A program made the translations under genes and the position numbers. Below are positions 25,760 through 37,265 of a stretch of 64,000 bases of DNA, in pieces. Source of the stretch: Mytilus californianus (lineage: Eukaryota); contig NW_026262581.1 of the NCBI RefSeq assembly GCF_021869535.1, positions 80,476,001 through 80,540,000 on the forward strand. The letters run 5' to 3'. Position 1 is the first letter of the stretch. Each line of letters opens with the position of its first letter. The notes under the pieces are model-generated. The model was not told the DNA's origin, searched no databases, and worked only from the letters and a program-made list of their open reading frames with translations.

Positions 25760-25888
25760 TTGAGGATACATATGTGTACAAAAGTGAAAAAATAAGCATG
25801 TGTAGCAACAGATGAAAAAATAAATGATTAATCAAAAAAAAAAAAATCATCCTGTTCCCTCTCCCCAGACTGTTAAATGGTCGTCCCC
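25760..25888 (+). mobile_element. Right half of the TIR MITE split by the Penelope-like insertion
   Basis: GTGTACAAAAG..GTAGCAACAGATGAAA..AAATGGTCGTCCCC followed by TTA, matching 63525-63633. Confidence 0.65.
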
Positions 25889-26375
25889 TTAAAACATACA
25901 GGAACAATAAGATTTTTTTTTTTAAATTCAATGTTGAATTTATTTTCTCCGCTAATTTTCAATGGAAACAAACACATTTTTTTTTCAATAACCTTGTGAA
26001 ACTATCATTGTTTTTAAACGTTCCACATCCGCCTCCCCACCCCAACCCCACCCCAAAAGATAAATGGTCGGTCCCTAATAATATTAGTTTGACACTAATG
26101 GACATACAGACAACGCATGTGGTGTCTTGAAAATACTTCGAGAATTCTGTATTAAGTTAACGTAAAATGTATTTCTGAGCACATTATATCGTAATTAAAC
26201 TATGCTGCAATTTTTCTGAAAAAAAAAGTTTTGTGTCTCCTTGACACAATAACCAAAAATATTATGAAGAAAGCGAAAATTAACAAACAGATGTCACTTG
26301 GATTTTATGTCATGGGTTTGCTGTCTACACGTATAGTCTACACTGTTCTTTTTTCAGATTCTGTTTTAGTTGTGT

Positions 26376-26402
26376 TTATTATTATTATCATTATTATTAT
26401 TA

Positions 26403-26439
<37 letters not shown>

Positions 26440-26460
26440 CATTATTATTATTATTATTAT
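26376..26460. repeat. (ATT)n microsatellite
   Basis: About 28 ATT/ATC triplets; this is the source of the poly-Ile ORF 26231-26464. Confidence 0.95.
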
Positions 26461-28872
26461 CTGAAAAAAAAACAATGTTACAGTCTCATATTTCTTTGAA
26501 AAAATACATTATTTCATAGAAGATTAATTTTAATTTTATATTCAACAAAATTAGGATATTGAACTTTAAAGTCTTTTGGAACTTTAACATTGAAACTACA
26601 AAATCGGTTACAAACAGCCTTACCTTATTTGATAATCATTTTTTGATCACTAACCAGTCCAACATTATGGAAGAAATTTATTTGAATACTGCTGTGATTG
26701 ACTTTCCGTGTTTCATTTCAGTGTCGGAATAGTTTTGAAATTCAATCATTCAAAAGTCAATAATGTTCTAGAGGGAGACACCTTCTGTCAATGGCTCATT
26801 TCACCGGAAACAAAAAGAAATACGTACGTACTAGCGACAAGCGATTAAATCCAAGTGCCATGTGATTTTTACGATGGAATAATCAATACTCACGAAATTT
26901 AAAAGTCGCAATGAACTCTTGTCCAAAGAAAAAAGTGTTAAATAATCGGAAAACTTAAAGCAGCATAAGGAATAAATCTGTTAATGTGTAACAAGGCTTG
27001 AAGATGAACATGTGAAATATGACGTTTCCCCTTTAATCAATGAAGTCGAATAAAAAACCGTTAACAAGATCCGCAAGTTAGGTTAAATGTCAATTAAACA
27101 TGATGGAAAGCCGGCGTGCCGCAGAGTTTTTACTGTTCGACATTTTGTTTTTTGTTTGGAATTCGATAGGTTGTAGAGAAATGACAGTTCCAGTAAAATA
27201 ATCAATAATTTAAATGTCAATTATGATATCTCAATTTCAATCTTTATATGAAAAATGGTTAATAATTTGATAATTTGTTTCAATATTTATGTTTACGATA
27301 TTGATAAAAGGCATTATGTAACATTATCGTTTTATTTAAGTTATTTATAAAGTAAGCATGAATTATTAACTATTATCATAACAACTAAGTGCAGTGTATA
27401 TTGTTTTCCATTTTTTTCCACTGGCGCGATTTGAAAAGTCATGACAAATTAACATGTTTCATTCTGGAGATTGTCTGATAATAATCCCTGCTTACGTCTA
27501 ATAATGAACATACGTGCCGACAGATTTTTTCATTGTAGTATTTCCTTTTTGTTCTATGAAAATGTTGTAAATAATACGTGCATCACTTGCATACAGTGTT
27601 TTACATGTCACGACTAATTTACTCTCTGTAAGTTTGTGATGATGACTTTATCTTTTTTTATCTACAGTATAGCTGGCATATATGACAAATGAAACGTTGA
27701 CTCCTTCAAGGACAGCACATGCTAGTAGTTCTGTAAATGGGGGCATTGCGTTTGAGGGTGTTGAAATAATTGCTGGAAGCGCATACATGTGTTGCATGTA
27801 TGTTTTTCGATATATTTATAGGGAAAATATCCCTTTAATAAACAGGTTAGTCTTAGAAAAAAATAAACTATGCTCATATTTGTTCCGAATGAAGCTTTAA
27901 AAAGTTGGTTTGCATTTTTGTTGACAAGATAATCATATAATACAGGCAAGTAAAATATATATTTTGATACGAAAAATAAGAAATCTGTATACCGTGATAT
28001 ACCAACTTTTGTGATCCTAGTAAACCACGAATTCGAAAGAACCACTAACCTTAAATGACCATGTCAAAAGTTTACCGAGGCTTTAAACAACATGAAGATT
28101 TGTAGTTGAAAATTAAAGAGTGATGTAACTCCAGTTCCCGTTCGTGATACTTCAAAATATACATATCTGTGTTTGGTTTTGTAATTCTAAATATATAATG
28201 AGTAAACTGCAGTGAGAAAAATAATGGTATGCTTATATTTGTGTGTAAACTCATTCACTTTCATTACGTCCGGTATCAGTGTTGGGTGAAAGACAACAGA
28301 TATACGTACATAATCAAAATGAAACTTTCGTCTCCTTACACGTATTGGATGATTATGATAATTTATCATAATTAAGTTTCCCAAACGAAGTTTAGAGACA
28401 TTTTTTCAGTTCGTCTTCTCCTAGGCCTTCTTCTTGTTTATTGCACCTGAACTAATTCACAGCTGTTTAGAAACCCTCCAGTCTACTTATGTTAAGGTCT
28501 TAAAATCAATTTTACTGCCTTTTTGGAAAGAGATAATAACATGTAATTTTGTAATTTACTGCTTAATTGGGCTAAAGAGGGTAGAGTAATTCAATTTGGT
28601 TATTATTTCACGAAATAGGTTTAGTTTGGGAAACCTTTTCTGTAAGCATCCTAACTGATTATTTGCTAGTCCCAAGGAAACCAAGGTAGTAATTGTTTTT
28701 AACATTAGACAAACTCCGTTTCGATTTTGGATATTATAATATTTTTCATAATAGTTGTATGATTTACTTCGCAAAAATACAACAATTCTTGTAATAAACT
28801 ATGTTTGCTTTTAAGTGAGCCCTACAAAATATATACACATTTTTTTTTTAAATATATTCAATGAATTAATAT

Positions 28873-29463
28873 AAAAATCAAGAGATGTGGTATAATTGCC
28901 AATGAGACAACTATGATCCATCAAAGTTCAAATGAAGTGGATGTTAGCAAATATAGGCAATCGTGTGGCCTTCAACAATGAGAAAAACCCATACCGTATA
29001 ATCGGCTATAAAAGGCTCCGACATGAAAAAATATGATACAAAACAATTGAGAAAATTTATGGCCAAATTGTAACAAAACAATTTAAGAAAAACAAATACG
29101 GTAGACATGAACCAACGACAACCACTGAACTACAGGCTCCTGACTTGGGACAGGCACATATTAAAAGTGGCGGAAGTTAAAACTAGTTTGCCGGCGCCAA
29201 ACCTTCCCCCTAACCTGGGACAGTGGTGTAACAGTACAACATAAGAACAAACTATAAAAATCAGTTGAAAAAGACTTAACTCATCAGATCGATACAAAGC
29301 ACACAACATCTAACGAAAACCGCAACTGACGTGGCAGCCTATCTATGCATCTCACAACAAAAATGACAATAAGGAAAGATCTGAGCGCACTCGCAGTTAC
29401 TGACAGCTGTTTCAAAGCCAATAACAACTAATAAAAAGATAATGTATCTAAGACTAAAATATC
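28873..29463 (-). mobile_element. ~590-bp non-autonomous element with twister fold (29122-29226)
   Basis: Minus strand CCACTG..CAGGTT-A-G-GGG-GAAGG-TTTGGCGCCGGC-AAACTAGTT-T^AA-CTTCC-GCC-..G-CCTG-TCCCAAGT-CAGG-AGCCTG..CAGTGG. Family 3' end GTTGTCTCATTGGCAATTATACCACATCTC. Confidence 0.75.
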
Positions 29464-30548
29464 TATACTTTCAATTTTTAAGACCCTCAGATATGTCGAC
29501 GAAGAGATCTTGGAATTGTATCGTTAGACATGTGAAAATGCATATCATTTGATTACTAAATCCTTATTCAAGTTTTCATAAAATGTATATGCAATATTCA
29601 CGTACATGTATCTTGTGCAAAAGCCTATTTCTCTTTCTCATAATCCTATGAAATTTTATAACAGCTAGCTACCTCTCCTTCTATTCTCAAATCTATGGGA
29701 CTTTTATGGAGGAAAAAGTTTTAACGAAGTATCATTAGCTTAGTGTACAGTAGTTTGTATCTTTTTGCAGTGCTATTGTCTGTACTAATTTAATCATTGC
29801 TGTATTGGTCTCTTTTAGAAAGAAAGTAACAAAATGATACAAAAAACAAAATTCGTTTCAACAATACAACTACATGTCCATTCAGACATAAATGCCTGCA
29901 TATTTGAGATTAACATAATTTAAGCTATTTGAGTGATTTATGTTTTTTTTAATAAATATACACACATTATGGATGATTATTATAATTCTTCATCGTTTGT
30001 TATACTTTCCATGTATGGAAAATGATTTTGTAATTATTGAATAATTTGTTGTTATTTGTCAAAAGTGAATGGTATTCTCTTATCAAACTGAAGGTTGGTT
30101 GTAAAGGCAATAAATAGTAAGTATATTTTTTATTATTTATTGCAGAACGTAAGGACTTTATTTTTATTCTACAATGGCACCATATTAATATTTTGTGATT
30201 GTATATGTTGCTATGCAATATCTTATATCTGTCCAACAAATGTGATATCCTTCAAAAGAAGTATGTATTGTTCATGCTAAGCCTATTTATTTTTGAAGCA
30301 GAGATCAAAAATATTGTAATTAATGTTTAACAAATGGGAAATGTATATTTGTTATATTACCCTTCATGATTAAATGTTTGAATTTGAATTCGGCAAATTA
30401 TTTATTCAAACAAAAATTTGGCTTCAACAATACACATTTTTGGTACAGCCCTGGTAGTATAGTTATTAAAACAATTGAATTGCAAATATCTAATGCTACG
30501 TCATTGACAAACTGAGTATTTCAATTTTGCATGAGTTATTTATGCTAG

Positions 30549-31411
30549 TTACAGTTCTTGAAAAATTGATATTTTCTTCACTCCATGCACCAATAGCAGT
30601 TTTCGTTTCTTTCGGTGCACCGCCAGTGATCTTGGTGAGGCTATTTCGTTTAGTTTTAATCTCAACATTTTATCTTTCCCGTTTTGTGAAATTTGCGTAA
30701 TACTATGTCTGCCTGGACTAAGCTTAGCCACAAGAATACTGCTATCTTTTAACAACGCTATTCCATGTATATAGCCAAAACCATCAACTTTCAATGTAAA
30801 TTTTCGTTTTTTACTATGTGTGTACGAATGCACCAAACATTTCTTTGTTTCAGCATAACTAATAGTTTCTGCATTTACGTCAACTGGACCTTCGTCATTG
30901 TGTTTTATCGATATTACATTAATACTATTATCGCTCCCAACTAAATATAATCCAGTTTTCTCACAAACTACTACCAAGAGACTGTCTTCATACAAGTTCA
31001 GACCGGATGCGTTACTATGGAGAATAAGTTCATCAATTTGTTCCATGAAATTGATATCAGGGACTTCTACTCGACGATCATTCAACATTGATATTTAAAG
31101 AGCTTCGAATTTCCTAGTACAGCCACATCAAACGGTTCGAATGGCAAGGAAACTTCTTGAAATATTTGACCCTTGTCCTTCACATGTAAAAGCCTCTTAA
31201 TTGTGAGCTGTATCAGCTAAAATAATGCTCTCATCTGGCATGAATGCAGCCCCAGACACTTCAGGAAGGAACTTGTCAAGAGAAGTATTCACATTAAACT
31301 CCTTACTGCGTTTTAAACGTGTTCTATGCCATCTGTGGTCTTCTTTGTTCTCAACTGTTGTTTTTTGTTTAACAGTTGATACTTGGTAAGAACGGATTGA
31401 TATTAAGCATT
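30549..31411 (-). pseudogene. 5'-truncated, frameshifted duplicate of the B-box/beta-propeller gene (propeller region only)
   Basis: Highly similar to 34271-35129. A +1 insertion near 31095 and a +4 insertion near 31199 break the frame. The B-box and coiled coil (first ~230 aa) are absent. Confidence 0.88.
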
Positions 31412-31993
31412 GATCAAAAATGTTTTGTCAAAATAAGCTAAGAAACATCGCTGATGAATTATTCACTTGCAAGTGAATCATTCGACCTCATTGAATCCGT
31501 ATTCATGTGACCTTCAATTTAACCCATTAGCTAGAGATTGGTTACGCATATATTAGTCGTGTTCAGCCATTAAAAGGCATTGACAGTAAAACAAAGGTGA
31601 ACTATTTCGTTGAATGATTCGATCCACAAAGTATCATTCTTATACAGGTTAAAACGATGATTAACTTATTTTTAACCTATAACATGAAATAAAACACATC
31701 TAAAAAAGTCCAATTGCACGAGGTCGCTATTTATTTATATTTATTTTTATGTTTAAATCGGGTTATGAGACCGTCGGCAGTCTTCATAGGTCATCTCGAT
31801 TGTTAATTAGATTGCGTCTAGACTAAAATACACACGAAATGCTGATATATAATTATCGCGTCCTTGCATTGTTTATTGTTTATTTCAGACTTGATGTAAT
31901 TTGGATATACGTTTTAATATGTTATATATCAAATATTAGAATTTGAGTCAAATCGGTGAACATGAATTTGACAGCTAATGCCCCTTTAACAGA

Positions 31994-34900
31994 ATACCGA
32001 GGCTTTGAACAACATGAAGATTTGTAAATGTATAAATGAAAATTAAAGAGTGACGTATCTCCAGTTCCCGTTCATGATTATTCAAAATATACATATCTGC
32101 GTGTGGTTTTGTAATTTTAAATATATAAAGAGTAAACTGGAGAAATAATGGAACGCTCATATTTGTGTGTAAACTCATTCGCTGTCATTACATCCGGTAC
32201 CAATGTTGGGTGAAAGTAAACAGATACATGTATATGTACATATTAAAATGAAACTTTCGTCTCCCTACTGGTATTGAATGATTATGTTAATTTATCATAA
32301 TTAAGTTTCCCAAACGAAGTTCAGAGACATTTTTTTTTCAGTTTGTCTTCTCCTAGGCCTTCTTCTTGTTTATTGCACCTAACTAATTCACAGTTGTTTT
32401 GAAACTCTCCAGTTTGCTTAAGTATAGATGGAAGGAAGGTGAGCTTAATTTTGTGTTTTTCTTGAGGGTCTGTCAAGGTATACTTAAACATACAATCGGG
32501 GGAGGGAGGAGGGTATGTCAAACTAATAACTTAACGGTAAGGTCTTAAAAATAATTTAACTGTCGAAAGAGATGCCAAAATATAATTTTGTAATTTACTG
32601 CATTATTGGGATAAAAAGGGTGCAGTAATTTAATTTGGTAATTAACTCAAGAAATGGGTTTAGTTTGGGAAACCTTTTCTGTAAGCATCCTGACTCGTTA
32701 TTTGCTAGTCCGGAGAAACCAAGGTAGTAATTGTTTTAACATTAGACAAACTCCGTTTTGATTTTGGAGATTAAAATATATTTCATCATAGTTGTATGAG
32801 TTACTTCGCAAACATACAGCAATTCTTGTAATAAAACATGTTTGTTTTTTCAGTGAGCCCTACAAAATGTATACACATCTTGATATATTCATTGAATTGG
32901 TATAAAAATAAGGAGATGTTGTATAATTGCCAATAAGATAACTAAATTAAAATAACTCCTCCAAAGTTCAAATGAAGTGGATGTAAGCAATTAAAGGCAA
33001 CCGTGCGGCCTTCAACAGTGAGAAAAACCCATACCGTATAGTCGGCTATAAAAGGCTCCGACATGAAAAAAATATGAAACAATTCAATTGAGAATGGCCT
33101 AATTTATAACAAAACAAATATGACGGACATGATCCAACGACAACCACTGAACTACAGGCTCCTGGCTTGAGACAGGCACTTATAGAATGTGGCGGTGCTA
33201 AACTTGTTTGCTGGCGCCAAACCCTCCTCCTAGCCTGCGCAGTGGTGTAACAGTACAACATAAGAAAAACTATGAAAATCAGCTGAAAAGGGCTTAACAT
33301 GTACATGTATCTTGTGCAAAAGTCTATTTCACCTTCTCATAATCCTATGAAATTTTATAACAGCTAGCTTCCTCTCCTTCTATTCTCAAATCAATGGGAC
33401 TTTTATGGAGGAAAAAGTTTTAACGAAGTATCATAAGCTGAGTGCGCAGAGGTTTGTATCTTTTTGCAGTGCTATTGTCTGTACTGATTAAATCATTGCT
33501 GTATTGGTCTCTTTTAGATAGAAAGTAAAAAAATGATACAAAAAACAAAATTCGTTTCAACAATACAACTACATGATGATTATCCATCCAGACATAAATG
33601 CCTGCATATTTGAGATCAACAAAATTTAAGCAGTAAGCTTTTGTTATTTGAGTGATTTACGTTTTTTTTTTAATAAATATCCACACATAATGGATGATTA
33701 TTATAATTCATCATCGTTTGTTATACTTTCCATGTATGGGAAATGATTTTGTAATTATTGAATTATTTGTTGTTAAATGTCAAAAGTGAATGGTATTCTC
33801 TTATCAAACTGAAGGTTGGTTGTAAAGGCAATAAATAGTAAGTATATTTTTTATTATTTATTGCAGAACGTAAGGACTTTTTTTTTTATTCTACAATGGC
33901 ACCATATTAATATTTTGTGATTGTATATGTTGCTATGCAATATCTTATATATGTCCAACAAATGTGATATCCTTCAAAAGAAGTATGTATTGTTCATGCT
34001 AAGCCTATTTATTTTTGAAGCAGAGATCAAAAATATTGTAAATAATGTTTAACAAATGGGAAATGTATATTTGTTATATTACCCTTCATGATTAAATGTT
34101 TGAATTTGAATTCGGCAAATTATTTATTCAAACAAAAATTTGGCTTCAACAATACACATTTTTGGTACAGCCCTGGTAGTATAGTTATTAAAACAATTGA
34201 ATTGCAAATATCTAATGCTACGTCATTGACAAACTGAGTATTTCAATTTTGTATGTGTAATTTATGCTAGTTATAGTTCTTGAAAAATTGATATTTTCCT
34301 CACTCCATGCACCAATAGCAGTTTTCGTTTCTTTCGGTGCACCGCCAGTGATCTTGGTGAGGCTATTTCGTTTAGTTCTAATCTCAACATTTTATCTTTC
34401 CCGTCTTGTGAAATGTGCGTTATACTATGTCTGCCTGGACTAAGCTTAGCCACAAGAATACTGCTATCTTTTAACAACGCTATTCCATGTATATAGCCAA
34501 AACCATCAACTTTCAATGTAAATTTTCGTTTTCCACTATGTGTGTACGAATGCACCAAACATTTCTTTGTTTCAGCATAACTAATAGTTTCTGCATTTAT
34601 GTCAACTGGACCTTCGTCGTTGTGTTTCATCGATATTATATTAATACTATTATCGCTCCCAACTAAATATAATCCAGTTTTCTCACAAACTACTACCAAG
34701 AGACTGTCTTCATACGCGTTTAGACCGGATGCGTTACTAGGGAGAATAAGTTCATCAATTTGTTCCATGGAATTGATATCACGGACTTCTACTCGACGAT
34801 CATTCAACATTGATATAAAGAGCTTCGAATTTCCTAGTACAGCCACATCGAACGGTTCGAATGGCAAGGAAACTTCTTGAAATATTTGACCCTTGTCCTT

Positions 34901-35129
34901 CACATGTAAAAGCCTCTTGTGAGCTGTATCAGCTAAAATAATGCTCTCATCTGGCATGAATGCAGCCCCAGACACTTCAGGAAGGAACTTGTCAAGAGAA
35001 GTATTCATATTAAACTCCTTACTGCGTTTTAAACGTGTTCTATGCCATCGATGGTCTTCTTTGTTCTCAACTGTTGTTTTTGGTTTAACAGTTTTGAGAC
35101 TTGGTAAGAACGGATTGATATTAAGCATT
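31994..35129. repeat. Tandem segmental duplication, copy B
   Basis: Counterpart of 28072-31411; contains the intact gene's 3' half and its downstream flank. Confidence 0.92.
32904..33298 (-). mobile_element. Duplicated copy of the twister-bearing non-autonomous element (twister fold 33144-33245, decayed)
   Basis: Minus strand GAGGG-TTTGGCGCCAGC-AAACAAGTT-TAG-CACC-GCC..G-CCTG-TCTCAAGC-CAGG-AGCCTG. Confidence 0.7.
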
Positions 35130-35824
35130 TCCAAGTTTACGTAAGCGTTTGCTTCTATTGTTTCAACTGAGCCTAACGATTTTATATTCAAAACATCTTT
35201 TATGGCTTCGGCGAGTTTGAATTCAACTGAATAGTTTCGAATTGTCTCATTTAGTTTCGTAAGATGTTCTACCTCGTGTTTTGCAATCGCCATTCCTTTC
35301 TTAGCAGCTAAAATAATTTGTAAATTAGACCCATATTCCTTAGCTTTCGCCGATTCGTCGTCATGTGAATCAAGAACAGCATTTCGATATTTATAATCAG
35401 TTATTTCTCCCGAAAGGTTTGTAGCGTATTTTTCACATGTTTTATCCAGTTCACTGATGAGTTTGTTCTCTAGTTCTATCAAATGATAATTTAGATTTTC
35501 TCTTAATTTCCTAATTTCATCGCGAATTTGTACTTTTTGAGTTTTTACACTCTCTATATTGCCTTCTCTTTCTCTTTGCAACTTTTTATATATTTTTCTT
35601 ATGTTTCCAAACTTAACTTTCAGTGTTTTGAAATCACTGTTAAGCTGAGCTATACTGACAATTTCACTGAGTGGTTCCAGCCCATCACAATCGGAATGGT
35701 CATTTTCTTGACATTCAGAACACACGCCCACGTCATGCACAGGACACCATGAGACAATTTCTTTAGAGTCATGCTTTTCACAATGTTCTGAAATCTTAAT
35801 GTCTGGTTTTCCACGCAAATCCAT
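34271..35824 (-). CDS. B-box / coiled-coil / C-terminal beta-propeller (NHL-like) protein, RING-less TRIM-like, 517 aa
   Basis: CEKH-x8-CPVH-x4-CSEC-x4-H-x2-C B-box, a long helical coiled-coil region, then propeller-type repeats (VSGAAFMPDESIILAD, PFDVAVL, IHGIALL, PRSLAVH). An AG acceptor lies 24 nt upstream of the ATG, so an upstream exon is possible. Confidence 0.88.
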   Translation of the reverse strand: MDLRGKPDIKISEHCEKHDSKEIVSWCPVHDVGVCSECQENDHSDCDGLEPLSEIVSIAQLNSDFKTLKVKFGNIRKIYKKLQREREGNIESVKTQKVQIRDEIRKLRENLNYHLIELENKLISELDKTCEKYATNLSGEITDYKYRNAVLDSHDDESAKAKEYGSNLQIILAAKKGMAIAKHEVEHLTKLNETIRNYSVEFKLAEAIKDVLNIKSLGSVETIEANAYVNLEMLNINPFLPSLKTVKPKTTVENKEDHRWHRTRLKRSKEFNMNTSLDKFLPEVSGAAFMPDESIILADTAHKRLLHVKDKGQIFQEVSLPFEPFDVAVLGNSKLFISMLNDRRVEVRDINSMEQIDELILPSNASGLNAYEDSLLVVVCEKTGLYLVGSDNSINIISMKHNDEGPVDINAETISYAETKKCLVHSYTHSGKRKFTLKVDGFGYIHGIALLKDSSILVAKLSPGRHSITHISQDGKDKMLRLELNEIASPRSLAVHRKKRKLLLVHGVRKISIFQEL

Positions 35825-37059
35825 TGTAAATAAGAATTTAAACGAATCCTAAATTTTCTTGTGTAAAAAAAAGCAAGAATGATGATGCAGTCCTACACTT
35901 TGCTTACTGACATATCTGAAAATGAAGTAAACAAAAGTTACCAATAATTTAAACTTGTATAAAATATAGCTTCGCTAAAATGGGTTTTCTTCTTCTAAAT
36001 GTTGTTTCGTGTCTATCAACCAATATTCAAAATATTTTATTGAAAATCTTACTGTATCATTGATGCTGTTTGACTAACAGGGGATTTTAGATAGCGAATG
36101 ATAAATTATAACAGTCTTGTTTTTTTCTTTCTAAAAATGAGCTTGTTTACAGAATTTATAAATTATTACACATGCTTCAACGGTAACTTTTCTTGTCGAT
36201 ACAAATTACGATAGACTGTACTTGGTTCAACAAGTTTTAAAAAGGCATGTAAATGAATTGGTATCATGCCTTGGCATCTCCAATACAGTAAAGCATTGTA
36301 TGATACCTTAATAGAACCGAAAATAAAATCATCGGATTTAAAACATGACAGATTTCACGAGTTAAGCAAGAACTGCCTGACTATCATGAGCACATGAGTT
36401 CACCCTTGTGTCTTAGTATGGTTCGCGTCGATAGTCTATATTAGATAGTTATGTCAAGGTGCTGTTTGATCATTCATTTTGATATAATGGTTTTGATAAT
36501 GTATTCAATGTCTTCTATTTCTCAAATATGTTCTTTCCCCTTTTATGCAAATGGTCATCCCCTTATTGTTTACTATTCTTTGGTCAAAAAATGTAACTTA
36601 CCTTCGCACTTTGTACCCCGACCTGTCTTTGTTTTAAAACTACGTTTGTCTATATTTTGTGTTTTGATTTAAAGTGTCGATTTCTTTCGATCGTATTTAC
36701 GTTAACAAAGAAATTACGACTAAATATTATTAAACACAAAACATTAAACGGTTATTGAACGTATTGAACTTCTTTTGTTCCATTGATTACTATCAGTGCA
36801 TGATTGTCACCTTTCAAGTTTGTTATTGAAATATTTATTGCATGTATGACGTAAAAAAAATTCCTGTACATTCCCCTTTCTTCGTGTCTTTTTATAATAC
36901 TATATATTAAATTCAAGAATACTGTTAGCCAAAACAAAACACACACAAAAAAACAAAACAAAAACGGAAAAATAGTTAAATAAACTTCAGTGTTGACAAT
37001 GAATATCATTGATATGGTCATAATTATAAATTAAAATGTTTACAAAACTTTGAATTGTT

Positions 37060-37265
37060 TGAAATAATAAGGATTGTCTACTCCAGGTTATATTACCTTA
37101 GCTATATTTGGCAAAACCTTACGGAATTTGGGTCTTCAATGCTCTACAACATCGTACCTTATTTGGCTTTTTTACTTTTAGGATTCGAGCGTCACTTGTG
37201 AGTCTTTCGTAGACGAAACGCGCGTCTGGCGTACAAAATTATAAGCCTAGTATCGTTGATGGGTT
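37060..37265 (+). mobile_element. Non-LTR retrozyme monomer remnant with type I hammerhead (37190-37231), core mutated
   Basis: CGTCA-CTTGTGA-GTC(tttcgta)GAC-GAAAC-GCGC-GTC^TGGCG. All three stems are intact and stem III is palindromic, but the core is CUUGUGA instead of CUGANGA. Confidence 0.8.

Larger units (their letters stand above)
28072..31411. repeat. Tandem segmental duplication, copy A
   Basis: Colinear with 31994-35129. Homology starts at TACCGAGGCTTT and ends at TATTAAGCATT (31411/35129). Confidence 0.92.

Noticed and set aside
26231-26464. ORF ending in poly-Ile
   Set aside because: Translation of an (ATT)n microsatellite.
29265-29295. CTGATGAG on the minus strand (also near 19650) as a hammerhead core or second SECIS
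   Set aside because: No GAAA after a stem II, and the stem is too short with no properly spaced AA loop for a SECIS.
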